From sequence record SRR31156797_1590: a stretch of DNA of 45,978 nt. One strand, 5' to 3'. Each line of letters begins with the position of its first letter. Within the stretch, counting starts at the first letter, position 1. The position numbers were made by a program, and so were the translations under genes. Positions 1-9,620 of this stretch are shown piece after piece. The notes beneath the pieces are model-generated. The model saw only the letters and a list, made by a program, of their open reading frames with translations. It did not search any database and was not told the DNA's origin.

Positions 1-30
1 TCGTTTTCAGCTGAAAACGAGGGCTTTTTT
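1..30. terminator. Intrinsic terminator hairpin downstream of pal, truncated by the window edge
   Basis: Perfect 20-bp palindrome TCGTTTTCAG/CTGAAAACGA followed by GGGCTTTTTT, 15 nt past the pal stop. Confidence 0.7.
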
Positions 31-45
31 GGAATTTAGTAAAAA

Positions 46-636
46 CTAATAAGTCAAACGGAACTGGGCTCTTCTATTTTTTGCCCACGCGGTTTCATTC
101 TGACCGGGATCAATGGGATCCTCTTCACCAAAACTTACGATACTCAATCTTTCGGGGGCCACGCCAAGCAGGATAAGGAACTCATATGCTGCACGGGCAC
201 GACGTTCACCAAGAGCAAGGTTATATTCTTCGGTTCCACGATCATCGCAGTACCCTTCAATAACCATAGTCACGTTATCGTATTTCTTAAGAATTTCAGC
301 CTTCTGCTGCAACAGGGGGCGGTATTCCTGCTTGATTTCAAAAGAATCGAAATCAAAGTGAATCATATTTCCAAGCTCTACAACTGCATCGTCAAAAGCT
401 TTTTTAGCGGCTGTAGCCTGACGCTCTTCTTCAAGAGCCTGCTCCTGAAGGGCTTTCTCCCGTTCCAAGCGGGCCTGCTCTTCATTCCTGAGCTGTTCTT
501 TTTCCTGCTGCTGAGCCATTCTTTCCTCTACAGCAGGGCTGGCCGGGGAAGACTCAACCTGCTTCTTGGAACAACCGGTACCAAGGCCGGCAATCAACAT
601 GAATACAACACACAAAATTATCGCTCTAGCTCTCAT
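46..636 (-). CDS. pal: Peptidoglycan-associated lipoprotein (OmpA-like C-terminal domain)
   Basis: Lipobox-like GTGC; motifs IHFDFDS, EGYCDDRGTEEYNLALGERRA, AWAKNRR; start moved to ATG 636 behind AGGAGG; follows tolB. Confidence 0.95.
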   Translation of the reverse strand: MRARAIILCVVFMLIAGLGTGCSKKQVESSPASPAVEERMAQQQEKEQLRNEEQARLEREKALQEQALEEERQATAAKKAFDDAVVELGNMIHFDFDSFEIKQEYRPLLQQKAEILKKYDNVTMVIEGYCDDRGTEEYNLALGERRARAAYEFLILLGVAPERLSIVSFGEEDPIDPGQNETAWAKNRRAQFRLTY

Positions 637-789
637 TTGCCCTCCTGAATAAGGAACTTTTAAGGACAGGAGTATGTCCACCCGCCAAGATACAATACAT
701 TAACTTATACTTTCAATACAATGACCCTAAAGTGTTTTGTAAAAAAATCAAGTCATGCCTGCAACAAAACGGTTAAATCACTCCTCAAT

Positions 790-2163
790 TTACGATTTAT
801 GGGCCTTACCCCATGCCGGGGCTTTTGCAACACCGCTTCCGGTAGGTACCAACATGGCCGGATCACCATGTCGAGTGGTCAGATAAATCTTGTACTTACC
901 ATTTCTGCTGGAAGAAAAAGCAATAAAATATCCGTCCGGTCCGAATGCGGGATCTTCATCATTGCCGGGGCCAAAAGTCAGCTGCCTTTCTCCCCCAGTC
1001 TTCAAGTCATGCACAAAAATGCGGTGTCCCAAAGGAGTCTGACGAGAAAAAGCCACATAACGACCATCCGGACTGATGGTCGGGTTGGTGTTGTATTTGC
1101 CTTCAGTTGTAACTCTGGTGACAACACCGCTTTTCATATCCAACAGAAAAATATGTGGATTGCCAAACCTTGCAGAAGTGAAAACCATCTTCTCCCCGGT
1201 CCGGTCAAAATCAGGTGACACTTCAATGGCCCAGCTTTTGGCAAGGGCTTTCTTAGGTTTGTAGTTCCCATTAATCAAAAAAATATCAGAGTTACCGTTC
1301 ATGGTCAGGGTTGCGGCCATATTACCGTCGGGAAGGAAATCCGGACCGATTACGGTATTTCCGGGAAAACTTTTCTGATCGATCTTTCCGGTGGCCCTGT
1401 CCCAGACGCAAAGCAAATGCTGACGCGATCCCAAACGGGTAAATACCAGCCTATTGCCATCTGGAGACCAGTTAGGACTCAGGTTGATACCGCCAAGGGA
1501 ACTGATCTGTCTGAGATTGCGTCCCTGCGGGCTAACCGTATAAATTTCCTTGTTCCTGCCTGACTTGCGCACAAAGGCGATCGAGGATTCAAAAAAACCG
1601 TCCCGCCCGGTGAGGATGCGCATCAAATGCGAGCTGAAACGGTCGGCAATGCGAGGTAGCATTTCCTCGGTAACCATTGAATACTTCTTACCTAAAATAG
1701 TGCGGCCATTAAATGTTCCGATACAACGGATGAGCAGATTCTTCTCACCGTTAGGACGAATTTCCCAGCCGGTGGTCAGGGCAAGGTCAACCTTGGAAAG
1801 CCTAAGCGGCTTGATATCAATATCACCGGGCCGGACACCGCGAGACGGATCACCGCCCAGAATATCGGTAACGGGTACGATGTTCAGGAAAGGCAGATAG
1901 GCAAGGTCCTTGGCAAGGTCTTTACTGAAAGTCCCGGCCTCCGCAGGCAGGGGCAGATCTTTCTCCTTGGAATCCTTATACTTTCCTTCAGGTACAGTCT
2001 TTGGCGGTAGCAGGATAATATTAACCTTGCGCTGACCGGGACCGTAAATATCCACGGTAAGGGTATCCGCTGCAAAAACATTCCCGGCAGCAAGAAGCAT
2101 GAGCAACATAACCACCAGCAATTCAAGCACGGATTTTTTTATACTGAACTTATTTTCTTTCAT
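790..2163 (-). CDS. tolB: Tol-Pal beta-propeller protein TolB
   Basis: Signal peptide; PD40-like repeats (SPNWSPDG, PTISPDG, PAFGPDG); position between tolA and pal. Confidence 0.9.
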   Translation of the reverse strand: MKENKFSIKKSVLELLVVMLLMLLAAGNVFAADTLTVDIYGPGQRKVNIILLPPKTVPEGKYKDSKEKDLPLPAEAGTFSKDLAKDLAYLPFLNIVPVTDILGGDPSRGVRPGDIDIKPLRLSKVDLALTTGWEIRPNGEKNLLIRCIGTFNGRTILGKKYSMVTEEMLPRIADRFSSHLMRILTGRDGFFESSIAFVRKSGRNKEIYTVSPQGRNLRQISSLGGINLSPNWSPDGNRLVFTRLGSRQHLLCVWDRATGKIDQKSFPGNTVIGPDFLPDGNMAATLTMNGNSDIFLINGNYKPKKALAKSWAIEVSPDFDRTGEKMVFTSARFGNPHIFLLDMKSGVVTRVTTEGKYNTNPTISPDGRYVAFSRQTPLGHRIFVHDLKTGGERQLTFGPGNDEDPAFGPDGYFIAFSSSRNGKYKIYLTTRHGDPAMLVPTGSGVAKAPAWGKAHKS

Positions 2164-2178
2164 AATTATGAACCTGCC

Positions 2179-3129
2179 CTACTGATCAAGATCATGCAGG
2201 TTAAAGTTTACGACGATGTTCCTGATAGATGTTCCCGGAGGCTTAGGAAGTACTTCAGTATCCCGCAAGGCGGTAAGCACCGAGTCATCAAAATCAACAT
2301 TGCCCGATGAATCTAGCAACTTAATGCTACTGATTTCACCGCTGGATTTCAATTGGATCTGTACACGGGCCATAAGGTTCTGTTTCTGCCCGAAGACCGG
2401 ATATCTCCAGTTCTTACGAACCGCTTCCTTAACAATGGAAGCGTATACTTGAACCAACCCAGAAGCACCTGCGGTGCCGTCAGCGGAACCGGTTACAGCA
2501 GTAGACTTGGCACTCTTTGCAAGAGAAGCCAGATCACTGGCTACAGCCTGCTGTTCTGCCTTTTCCTGCTTCTCCACTATCTTAGTCAATGAAGCTAGAT
2601 CTGCAGCAAGTGCATCTTCCGCCGAAATCTCAGGTTTCTTTTCGACTTTCTTTTTCGCAACCTTTTTGGGTGGCATCTTTTCGGCCACCTTCTTTTTAGG
2701 CGAAGTTTTCTTTTCTACCGGTTTTTCAACCTTTTTGACCGGCTTCTTCTTGGTTGTGGTCTTAACTTTTTTGGGTGAAATTTTCTTTGTATCAGTCTTG
2801 GGCTTTGCTTTGGGTTTCGGCTTGGGCTTAGGCGCAGGTTTAGGAGCCGGAGATTTAACCGTTTCAGGCTTGGACTTGGGTACAACTTTCGGTTTAGCCT
2901 CAGGAATTGCAACAGTATTTGGTTTGGAAAGTTTGGCTGAAGCTTTCGGCGCAGGTGCTTTTTTTACAACCGGAGCGGCAGGCAAAGGAGCAAGGCTGAC
3001 CAGATCAACCTTGTAGACGGGCATATCAAGTGAAATCTTCACCGGAGGTGAGATGGACCACGTCAGGGCTAAAATTATCAGACCGGCATGGAGCAGTAAA
3101 GATATGAAAAGGCCGATGATCTTCATCAA
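2179..3129 (-). CDS. tolA: TolA (N-terminal TM, Lys/Pro-rich linker, TonB/TolA C-terminal domain)
   Basis: SLLLH TM motif, KP-rich linker, SSGNVDFDDSVL C-terminal motif; tolQR-tolB context. Confidence 0.85.
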   Translation of the reverse strand: MMKIIGLFISLLLHAGLIILALTWSISPPVKISLDMPVYKVDLVSLAPLPAAPVVKKAPAPKASAKLSKPNTVAIPEAKPKVVPKSKPETVKSPAPKPAPKPKPKPKAKPKTDTKKISPKKVKTTTKKKPVKKVEKPVEKKTSPKKKVAEKMPPKKVAKKKVEKKPEISAEDALAADLASLTKIVEKQEKAEQQAVASDLASLAKSAKSTAVTGSADGTAGASGLVQVYASIVKEAVRKNWRYPVFGQKQNLMARVQIQLKSSGEISSIKLLDSSGNVDFDDSVLTALRDTEVLPKPPGTSIRNIVVNFNLHDLDQ

Positions 3130-3149
3130 TAAATTCGCCTGTACCTTAG

Positions 3150-3566
3150 CTATTTCTTTTTCTTTTCAACAGGTTCGGCCACTACGCCCATCCTGTCAAT
3201 TCCGGCGGCCTTGATTTCGCCCATGACTTTAACCACTTCACCGTAAGCAACATTCTTGTCTGCACGCAAAAAAAGCATCTTATTTTGCTTCTTGACCAAC
3301 TTCTCAAGATGAGACTGCAATTCGTCGAAACCGACCTTATATTCATCAAGGAAAATCTCGCCCTTATCGCTGATGGAAAGCACAAGGTGCTCGTTATCCT
3401 GCGGCAAAGAACGTACGGTGCGGGTCTGCGGCAAATCAACTTCAACCCCCTGAGTCATCAACGGAGCAGTAACCATGAATATGATCAGCAGCACCAGCAT
3501 GACATCCACAAAGGGAGTCACATTGATCTCAGCCAACATACCCCGATTATTAGTGGAAATTCCCAT
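3150..3566 (-). CDS. tolR: TolR (ExbD family)
   Basis: EINVTPFVDVMLVLLIIFMVTAP; LRADKNVAYGEVV. Confidence 0.92.
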   Translation of the reverse strand: MGISTNNRGMLAEINVTPFVDVMLVLLIIFMVTAPLMTQGVEVDLPQTRTVRSLPQDNEHLVLSISDKGEIFLDEYKVGFDELQSHLEKLVKKQNKMLFLRADKNVAYGEVVKVMGEIKAAGIDRMGVVAEPVEKKKK

Positions 3567-3569
3567 ACT

Positions 3570-4289
3570 CTACTCCTCCGCGGCAGAACTTTTACCGGAA
3601 GGCTCAACCCATGAGACTTCACGTTCCACACGGTTAAGGAAAGTACCTGCAAAGTTAACCAGCTCGGTCTCAATTCCATTCAACACGCCAAGAAAAAAAT
3701 TATAAAAAATGGTTGCCGGGATAGCGACACCGAGACCAATGGCTGTTGCTACCAAAGCTTCTGAAATACCGGGAGCAACTGCTGCCAGTGCGGCTGATTT
3801 TGCGGAACCGATAGCGTGGAAAGAATTCATGATCCCCCAGACAGTACCGAACAGGCCGATAAATGGGGCTCCGTTGGCGCAAGTTGCCAGAAAAGAAAGA
3901 GAAGAAGTAAGTTTTTTCATCTCAGAGCTGACCTTGCGGCGCAGGATTCGGCGCAGAGTATCTTTAATCAGGCGGCGCTTATGGCTGGCACTAACCGCAG
4001 ATTTTTCCAGCACACGGTATTCCTTTACCGCTGCTGTTCCAATACGGTTCAATGGAGAGCTTTCAGTCTTACTTATTTCAGTCAAACCGGAAGAAAGAGA
4101 ATCAGCATCTTCCATAATCTTGTTGCCCTTGAGAATCAGGGTTCTTGCCCTACCGAGGGAAATCAATTTCCAAAAGATGATTGTCCAGCTCCAAAGTGAC
4201 ATGCCCGCAAGCAGACAAAGCACACCTTTGACTACAATGGTGGCCTGATCGAGCATTGCGAAAATTCCGCCTTGAGGTAAGAAATCCAT
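3570..4289 (-). CDS. tolQ: TolQ (MotA/TolQ/ExbB family)
   Basis: APFIGLFGTVWGIMNSF; VAPGISEALVATAIGL. Confidence 0.92.
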   Translation of the reverse strand: MDFLPQGGIFAMLDQATIVVKGVLCLLAGMSLWSWTIIFWKLISLGRARTLILKGNKIMEDADSLSSGLTEISKTESSPLNRIGTAAVKEYRVLEKSAVSASHKRRLIKDTLRRILRRKVSSEMKKLTSSLSFLATCANGAPFIGLFGTVWGIMNSFHAIGSAKSAALAAVAPGISEALVATAIGLGVAIPATIFYNFFLGVLNGIETELVNFAGTFLNRVEREVSWVEPSGKSSAAEE

Positions 4290-4349
4290 ACTTCACCGCA
4301 CCTTTGTTTTGCCTGCGCCTCAAGCGTCCGGCATTTAGAAGAAATTATT

Positions 4350-5096
4350 TCAGCTTAAACTCTGCACAATAGCAGGCAGAACCTCTTCCGCCGCGCCCTG
4401 AATAAACACATCGCTGAACGACGAATAGGCGGACGGAGCCTTATTTATCTCGATAATTGATCCCCCTGCCTCCTGTATCCTCGGTGGAATCAGGCTGGCA
4501 GGGACAACTCCCCCGGAAGTTCCGGCCACAATGACCAGATCAGACTGGTCAGCAAGCTCAAAGGCAGCCTTATAAGCTTCGGACGGAATCTGTTCCCCGA
4601 AGAAGACCAGATCCGGCCTGATTACCCCGGAACATTGCGGGCAACGGACCGGAAGTTCAATCCCGGACTCAATCCGTTCGGCAGGAAATGGAGCAAAACA
4701 CTCCATGCAGTAAAAATCACTGCAATTACCATGAAATTCAATAACATTCAGCGAACCGGCCCGCTGATGCAGTCCGTCGATATTCTGGGTGATCACACCT
4801 TGCAGGTACCCATCTTTTTCCAGCTGGGCCAGTCCCTTATGTCCTGCATTAGGTTCGGCACTTTTAAGCATGGCATCGGCCTCGAGCAAAAATTTCCAGA
4901 CCGTTACCGGGTCAGCCTGTAAGGCCCGGATAGAAGCTACTTTTTCCGGATCATGCTTAGACCACAGTCCACCCGGACTGCGAAAATCAGGAATGCCGCT
5001 GGCAACGGACATGCCCGCTCCGGTCAAAGCAATGGCACAACGTGCTTTTTTTATCAGCCGCGCTGCCTGCTCTATCCCGGATTTACGGTTGTCCAT
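4350..5096 (-). CDS. cobB: Sir2-family NAD-dependent protein deacylase
   Basis: TGAGMSVASGIPDFR, TQNIDGLHQRAG, HG, CxxC...CxxC Zn site, RPDLVFFGE. Confidence 0.88.
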   Translation of the reverse strand: MDNRKSGIEQAARLIKKARCAIALTGAGMSVASGIPDFRSPGGLWSKHDPEKVASIRALQADPVTVWKFLLEADAMLKSAEPNAGHKGLAQLEKDGYLQGVITQNIDGLHQRAGSLNVIEFHGNCSDFYCMECFAPFPAERIESGIELPVRCPQCSGVIRPDLVFFGEQIPSEAYKAAFELADQSDLVIVAGTSGGVVPASLIPPRIQEAGGSIIEINKAPSAYSSFSDVFIQGAAEEVLPAIVQSLS

Positions 5097-5104
5097 GCTG
5101 TTAC

Positions 5105-5761
5105 CTAGGAACGCTTCATTATTTTCTGAACCAGTTCGCGGGAATTTTCCTCGGCCTGTGCATATTCTTCAATGCTGAGCCCTGCGCCAAGGGCAACCTT
5201 GCGGCGCATTTCAAGCCCGACAAGATCACCGGGAGCGTGAGCATCGTTATTGATAACAAGCTTGGCCCCGTGCTTACGCGCCAGTGCCGCCACATGCCCG
5301 TTAGTCAGACTGTGTCCCTTGCGGGTGGTGATTTCCAAACAGACCCCGTATTCAGCAGCCAGTTTCACTTCCACATCGGTAATCATGCCGGGATGGGCCA
5401 GCACATCGACCTTAGCCTCAATGGCAGCGAGGTTCGTACCCTCAGCAACCGGCTCCACGATGGTTTCACCATGCACAACCACAATTTGGGCACCGGACTT
5501 GCGGGCATGTTCAACCATTTCACCAATCAATCCCGGAGGAACATGGGTCAATTCCACTCCGGCAAAGACATCAATATCAAAATAATGACCATGTTTCTTT
5601 GCAAATCTGCGAACATTTTCAAGAATAATATCAATATTGCTGGAATCAGCATGGTCGGTCATAGCCAGTGCACGGTACCCCGCAACCTTGGCCCGCCTTG
5701 CCAGTTCCGCAGGGATAAGTTCCCCGTCGCTGAACACAGTATGGGTATGGAAATCTATCAT
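5105..5761 (-). CDS. PHP-domain phosphoesterase (histidinol-phosphatase-like family)
   Basis: DFHTHTVFSDG, TDH, GVELTH, LAHPG, NNDAH metal-binding motifs. Confidence 0.85.
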   Translation of the reverse strand: MIDFHTHTVFSDGELIPAELARRAKVAGYRALAMTDHADSSNIDIILENVRRFAKKHGHYFDIDVFAGVELTHVPPGLIGEMVEHARKSGAQIVVVHGETIVEPVAEGTNLAAIEAKVDVLAHPGMITDVEVKLAAEYGVCLEITTRKGHSLTNGHVAALARKHGAKLVINNDAHAPGDLVGLEMRRKVALGAGLSIEEYAQAEENSRELVQKIMKRS

Positions 5762-5770
5762 CGAATTGAC

Positions 5771-6250
5771 CTACATTTTATATTTAAAGTCATCAGCGGA
5801 AAGTCCTTCGAGATCATCTTCCCAGCCGGACTTTTCCTCAACTTTCTCTTCAATATTCTTGGTCCCGGCAACATCAATAACCTTGCGGGCCACACGCACC
5901 GGACAGTCCGCGCGCACAGCAAGAGCCACAGCATCGGAAGGACGAGAATCAATAGCCACCATCTCACCGTCCTTACGAACCATAATTTCGGCATAAAAGG
6001 TGCCCTGCTCGATATCAACGATATCAACAGACACAACCTCACCACCAAAAGTGGCAATGGTGGATAAAAGCAGATCATGAGTCATGGGCCGTGGAAATGA
6101 AACTTCATTGAGTACCAGAGAAATCGCCATAGCTTCCATGGCCCCTATCCAGATAGGCAGGACCATCCCCAGTTCTTCACTTTTCAAAACCAGAACCGGA
6201 GTCTCGGTATCATTTTCCACCGCCAGACCGTATACCTGCATTTCTACCAT
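5771..6250 (-). CDS. Bifunctional nuclease family protein (DUF151)
   Basis: LPIWIGAMEA, RPMTHDL, IDSRPSDAVALA. Confidence 0.9.
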   Translation of the reverse strand: MVEMQVYGLAVENDTETPVLVLKSEELGMVLPIWIGAMEAMAISLVLNEVSFPRPMTHDLLLSTIATFGGEVVSVDIVDIEQGTFYAEIMVRKDGEMVAIDSRPSDAVALAVRADCPVRVARKVIDVAGTKNIEEKVEEKSGWEDDLEGLSADDFKYKM

Positions 6251-7620
6251 GGCTCTCCCACCTTCGCCCCTACAAGGGAATGATTCTTGGCTTCGGTAAT
6301 CTTCACTTTGACCAGTTTGCCTCCGAGCTTCTGCTCTTCATCATACCCCGCAAAGTGAACATTGACCACCCGTCCTCCGGGATCTTTACCCCGCCATGAC
6401 ATGCCGCCAGCTTCCTGTCTTTTGCTGAGACGCTCCAACAGAACCACGGTCTCAAGACCTTCTAAAGCTTCTAGACTTTCTCTAGTAATACTCTTTTGTC
6501 TTTCCTGCAAGCGGGCAAGACGTGCTTGGGCCACATCTTCAAGAACTTTCGGCTTCATTTTCACTGCGGTAACACCCGGACGATCAGAATATTTAAAGGA
6601 GAAACTACTTTCGTAACGCACCCTTTCCAGCATATCCATGGTCTGCTCAAAATCTTCGTCGGTCTCACCGGGGAAGCCCACGATCAAATCCGTGGTCAGG
6701 GAAATATTCGGGCAGGCCTCTTTCAAACCTTCCACGATTCCCAGATAACGTTCGCGGTCATATTTGCGCCCCATTTTCTTCAGGATACGGTCCGACCCGG
6801 ACTGAACGGGCAGGTGCAAACTAGGACAAAGATTGGGCAGCTCGCCAAAAGCCTTGATCACCTCAGGAGCAATATCCTTAGGATGAGAGGTGGTGAAACG
6901 GATACGCTCAAGCCCTTCGATCGCGGAAATCTTGTAGAGCAACTGCGCAAAAGAAATATCATCACCCTTCTTATCAATACCGAAGCTGTTCACGTTCTGA
7001 CCCAGCAGGGTAATCTCGCGGACACCGGACTTGACCAGATGCTGACATTCTTTAATTACCGCTTCCGAAGACCGTGATTTCTGGCGACCACGGGTATAAG
7101 GCACGATGCAATAGGCACAAAAGTTATCACAACCCTGCATGATATTGACGAAAGCCTGACCGGGAATGGTACCGATACCCGGAGGAATCAGGTCCGCATT
7201 GGGCTGAACTTCGCCACCCTCACGTTCCGGGTAATCGCCGAGAAAATCAGTGAGTACCAGACGCTTTTCATGGTTTTCAGCAAGATCAATGAGAGCATCA
7301 GGAGCCTGAGCAATACCGTCACTGCCGAAAACAAGGCGCACGTGCGGAAACTTCTCAAGGAAACCGTCGCCGATCTGCTGGGCAACACAACCGCCAATAG
7401 CAACAAAGCTGCCGGGCTTCTTACACAGCGGAGCCAATCGGCCCAGCACGCTGTAAACTTTCTGCTCCGGCTTTTCGCGCACGGAACAGGTGTTAATAAT
7501 AAATATATCTGCTTCAGATTCAGTAACTGCTGTCCAGCCACGGCTCTCCATGGCCCGGATCAGCCAGTCTGAATCGTGAACGTTCATCTGACATCCGAAT
7601 GTTAGTACTGTAAATTTCAT
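6244..7620 (-). CDS. miaB: tRNA i6A37 methylthiotransferase MiaB
   Basis: TFGCQMN, NTCSVR, GCVAQ, radical-SAM CDNFCAYC, C-terminal TRAM-like domain. Confidence 0.95.
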   Translation of the reverse strand: MKFTVLTFGCQMNVHDSDWLIRAMESRGWTAVTESEADIFIINTCSVREKPEQKVYSVLGRLAPLCKKPGSFVAIGGCVAQQIGDGFLEKFPHVRLVFGSDGIAQAPDALIDLAENHEKRLVLTDFLGDYPEREGGEVQPNADLIPPGIGTIPGQAFVNIMQGCDNFCAYCIVPYTRGRQKSRSSEAVIKECQHLVKSGVREITLLGQNVNSFGIDKKGDDISFAQLLYKISAIEGLERIRFTTSHPKDIAPEVIKAFGELPNLCPSLHLPVQSGSDRILKKMGRKYDRERYLGIVEGLKEACPNISLTTDLIVGFPGETDEDFEQTMDMLERVRYESSFSFKYSDRPGVTAVKMKPKVLEDVAQARLARLQERQKSITRESLEALEGLETVVLLERLSKRQEAGGMSWRGKDPGGRVVNVHFAGYDEEQKLGGKLVKVKITEAKNHSLVGAKVGEPW

Positions 7621-7743
7621 ACCCGGCTCATACGCTATATAAATATGATGGTAAAGCTTGCGGGGGTGGGTTTCGGCATCCCTTTGGGGACCAGAGAAAC
7701 TTTTAGCAAGCTTCGCTTCTTCATAAGGCTAAGTTACTCCATC

Positions 7744-7793
7744 AAAAAAAGAAAAAGGGGAAAACTTCTTACCCCCGTAAGAAGCTCTCCCCT
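7744..7793 (-). terminator. Intrinsic terminator of the rsfS-gpmI-Zn ribbon unit
   Basis: Minus strand AGGGGAGAGCTTCTTAC-GGGG-GTAAGAAGTTTTCCCCT followed by a long U tract. Confidence 0.85.
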
Positions 7794-7820
7794 AAACATT
7801 TGTCACTTTCGCTTACTGAT

Positions 7821-8063
7821 TTAAAAGAAATCAGGATCAACAGCAGCCTTGCCGTTATCAAGCATGGTTTTGTAAAACCTGATAATCTTTTCGTCCACCG
7901 GAACTATAGGAAAATTGCGGCGGCAAGCATCGCAGGTAGCCATGGCTGGCTGTGTCGGTGCGATGTAAGGTACTTCCCGACCGCAGAACGGACAGGGAAA
8001 CATAAAAATTATCTCCATCCCGCTAGGCTTGACCGGAGATAAAGGTTTGCGGGTTTCAGACAT
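7821..8063 (-). CDS. Small Zn-ribbon-like hypothetical protein
   Basis: CPFC...CDAC; ATG 3 nt after the gpmI stop with an AAAGGA SD; followed by a terminator. Confidence 0.75.
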   Translation of the reverse strand: MSETRKPLSPVKPSGMEIIFMFPCPFCGREVPYIAPTQPAMATCDACRRNFPIVPVDEKIIRFYKTMLDNGKAAVDPDFF

Positions 8064-8066
8064 CAA

Positions 8067-9599
8067 TTATCCTTTTAAAAGATCTTTACCGGTCATTTCT
8101 TCGGGAACGGAAATGCCCATGTGATTCAAAATTGTGGGTGCGATGTCACAAAGTGCGCCTTCAGCAGGAGTCACGCCTTCAAAAGCTTTACCGATAAACA
8201 CCAGCGGAACATTGTTCAAGCTGTGTGCGGTCTGCGGCCCGCCGTTACCGTCAATCATTTCTTCGGCATTACCGTGGTCAGCAGTCAGCAGGATGGCTCC
8301 GCCCTGCGCTTTAACAGCTTCAACGATCTTGCCGACACATACGTCAACAGTCTCGCAGGCTTTAATTGCTGCGGGAATGAGGCCCGAATGACCGACCATA
8401 TCAAGGTTGGCAAGGTTGCAAATGCACAGTGAATATTTCGGAAGTGCTTCAATCAGCTTACTGGTTACTTCCTCAGCGCTCATCTGCGGTTTGAGATCGT
8501 AAGTGGCAACATCGCGCGGGGAAGGCACGAGAATACGGTCCTCACCCTCAAAAGGCTCTTCGCGTCCACCATTCATAAAATAGGTTACGTGAGCGTACTT
8601 CTCAGTCTCGGCTATACGCAACTGCTTCAGACCATTATCCGCTATAACCTCCCCGATGGGGTTGCTGATATTCAGCGGAGGGAAAGCATTGGGAAAAGCA
8701 AAATCAGACTCGTACTGAGTCATGGTCACAAACCCGCTGAACTCAGGTGCCTTGGGACGGTCGAATTCACTGAAATCCTTTACAGCAAGCACCCGGCAAA
8801 GCTGACGGGCACGGTCGGCACGGAAGTTAAAAAAGAACACACCGTCGCCGTCTTTCAAGGTTCCGTCAACACCGGAAACAAGACGGGGCTTGATGAATTC
8901 ATCAGTCTCTCCCGCGGCGTATGCTTCCTCAACACCTTTAACCGGATCAGAAACATCCTGCCCTTCACCGAGAACCAGAGCCTTGTAGGAAAGTTCGTTG
9001 CGCTCGTAATGTTTATCACGGTCCATGGAATAATAACGACCGGAAATAGAGGCCACTTTACCGGCCTCGATTTCAGCCATTTTATCCACGAGCTGCTGCA
9101 TGTACTTTTTACCGCTGGTGGGCGAGGTATCACGGCCATCCATAAAAGCATGAACAAATATTTCCTTGATCCCGGCATCCTTGGCCACTTCAATCAATGA
9201 AAAAAGATGATTGATATGGGAATGGACACCACCATCGGAAAGAAGCCCCATGTAATGCAAACGCCCGTCCGCAGCTTTGACATTTTCCATGAGATTACTG
9301 ACGACCTCGTTGGCTGCCAGCTCGTGTTTCTCAATGGCAATGTCAATGCGAGTCATGTCCTGATAAACAACCCGGCCTGCTCCGATGTTGGTGTGACCTA
9401 CCTCGGAGTTACCCATGAATCCGTCGGGAAGCCCTACCGCACGGCCAGCACATTTGAGCTGGGTCCGGGGACAGCTTTCCATCAGCCCGTCCAGAACGGG
9501 AGTGTTGGCAAGTTTAACTGCGTTGCCTTTACCTTCAGGGGCAATTCCCCAACCGTCCAGAATAAGCAGAACGGAAGGAGCACCGGTTTGTTGAGACAT
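8067..9599 (-). CDS. gpmI: 2,3-BPG-independent phosphoglycerate mutase
   Basis: ILDGWG, MGNSEVGH, DGRD, AETEKYAHVT, DMVGH, ADHGNAE. Confidence 0.97.
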   Translation of the reverse strand: MSQQTGAPSVLLILDGWGIAPEGKGNAVKLANTPVLDGLMESCPRTQLKCAGRAVGLPDGFMGNSEVGHTNIGAGRVVYQDMTRIDIAIEKHELAANEVVSNLMENVKAADGRLHYMGLLSDGGVHSHINHLFSLIEVAKDAGIKEIFVHAFMDGRDTSPTSGKKYMQQLVDKMAEIEAGKVASISGRYYSMDRDKHYERNELSYKALVLGEGQDVSDPVKGVEEAYAAGETDEFIKPRLVSGVDGTLKDGDGVFFFNFRADRARQLCRVLAVKDFSEFDRPKAPEFSGFVTMTQYESDFAFPNAFPPLNISNPIGEVIADNGLKQLRIAETEKYAHVTYFMNGGREEPFEGEDRILVPSPRDVATYDLKPQMSAEEVTSKLIEALPKYSLCICNLANLDMVGHSGLIPAAIKACETVDVCVGKIVEAVKAQGGAILLTADHGNAEEMIDGNGGPQTAHSLNNVPLVFIGKAFEGVTPAEGALCDIAPTILNHMGISVPEEMTGKDLLKG

Positions 9600-9620
9600 G
9601 TTTCTATTCCTTGCGCAGAT

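Noticed and set aside
2600-2960. Repetitive sequence as a tandem repeat or CRISPR array
   Set aside because: Low-complexity coding sequence of TolA with no fixed repeat-spacer period
2474-3016. 180-aa hydrophobic plus-strand ORF resembling a membrane protein
   Set aside because: Antisense shadow of the Lys/Pro-rich tolA linker (AAA/AAG read as TTT/CTT)
5042-6067. 341-aa plus-strand ORF
   Set aside because: Antisense to the PHP and DUF151 genes, with no recognisable motifs
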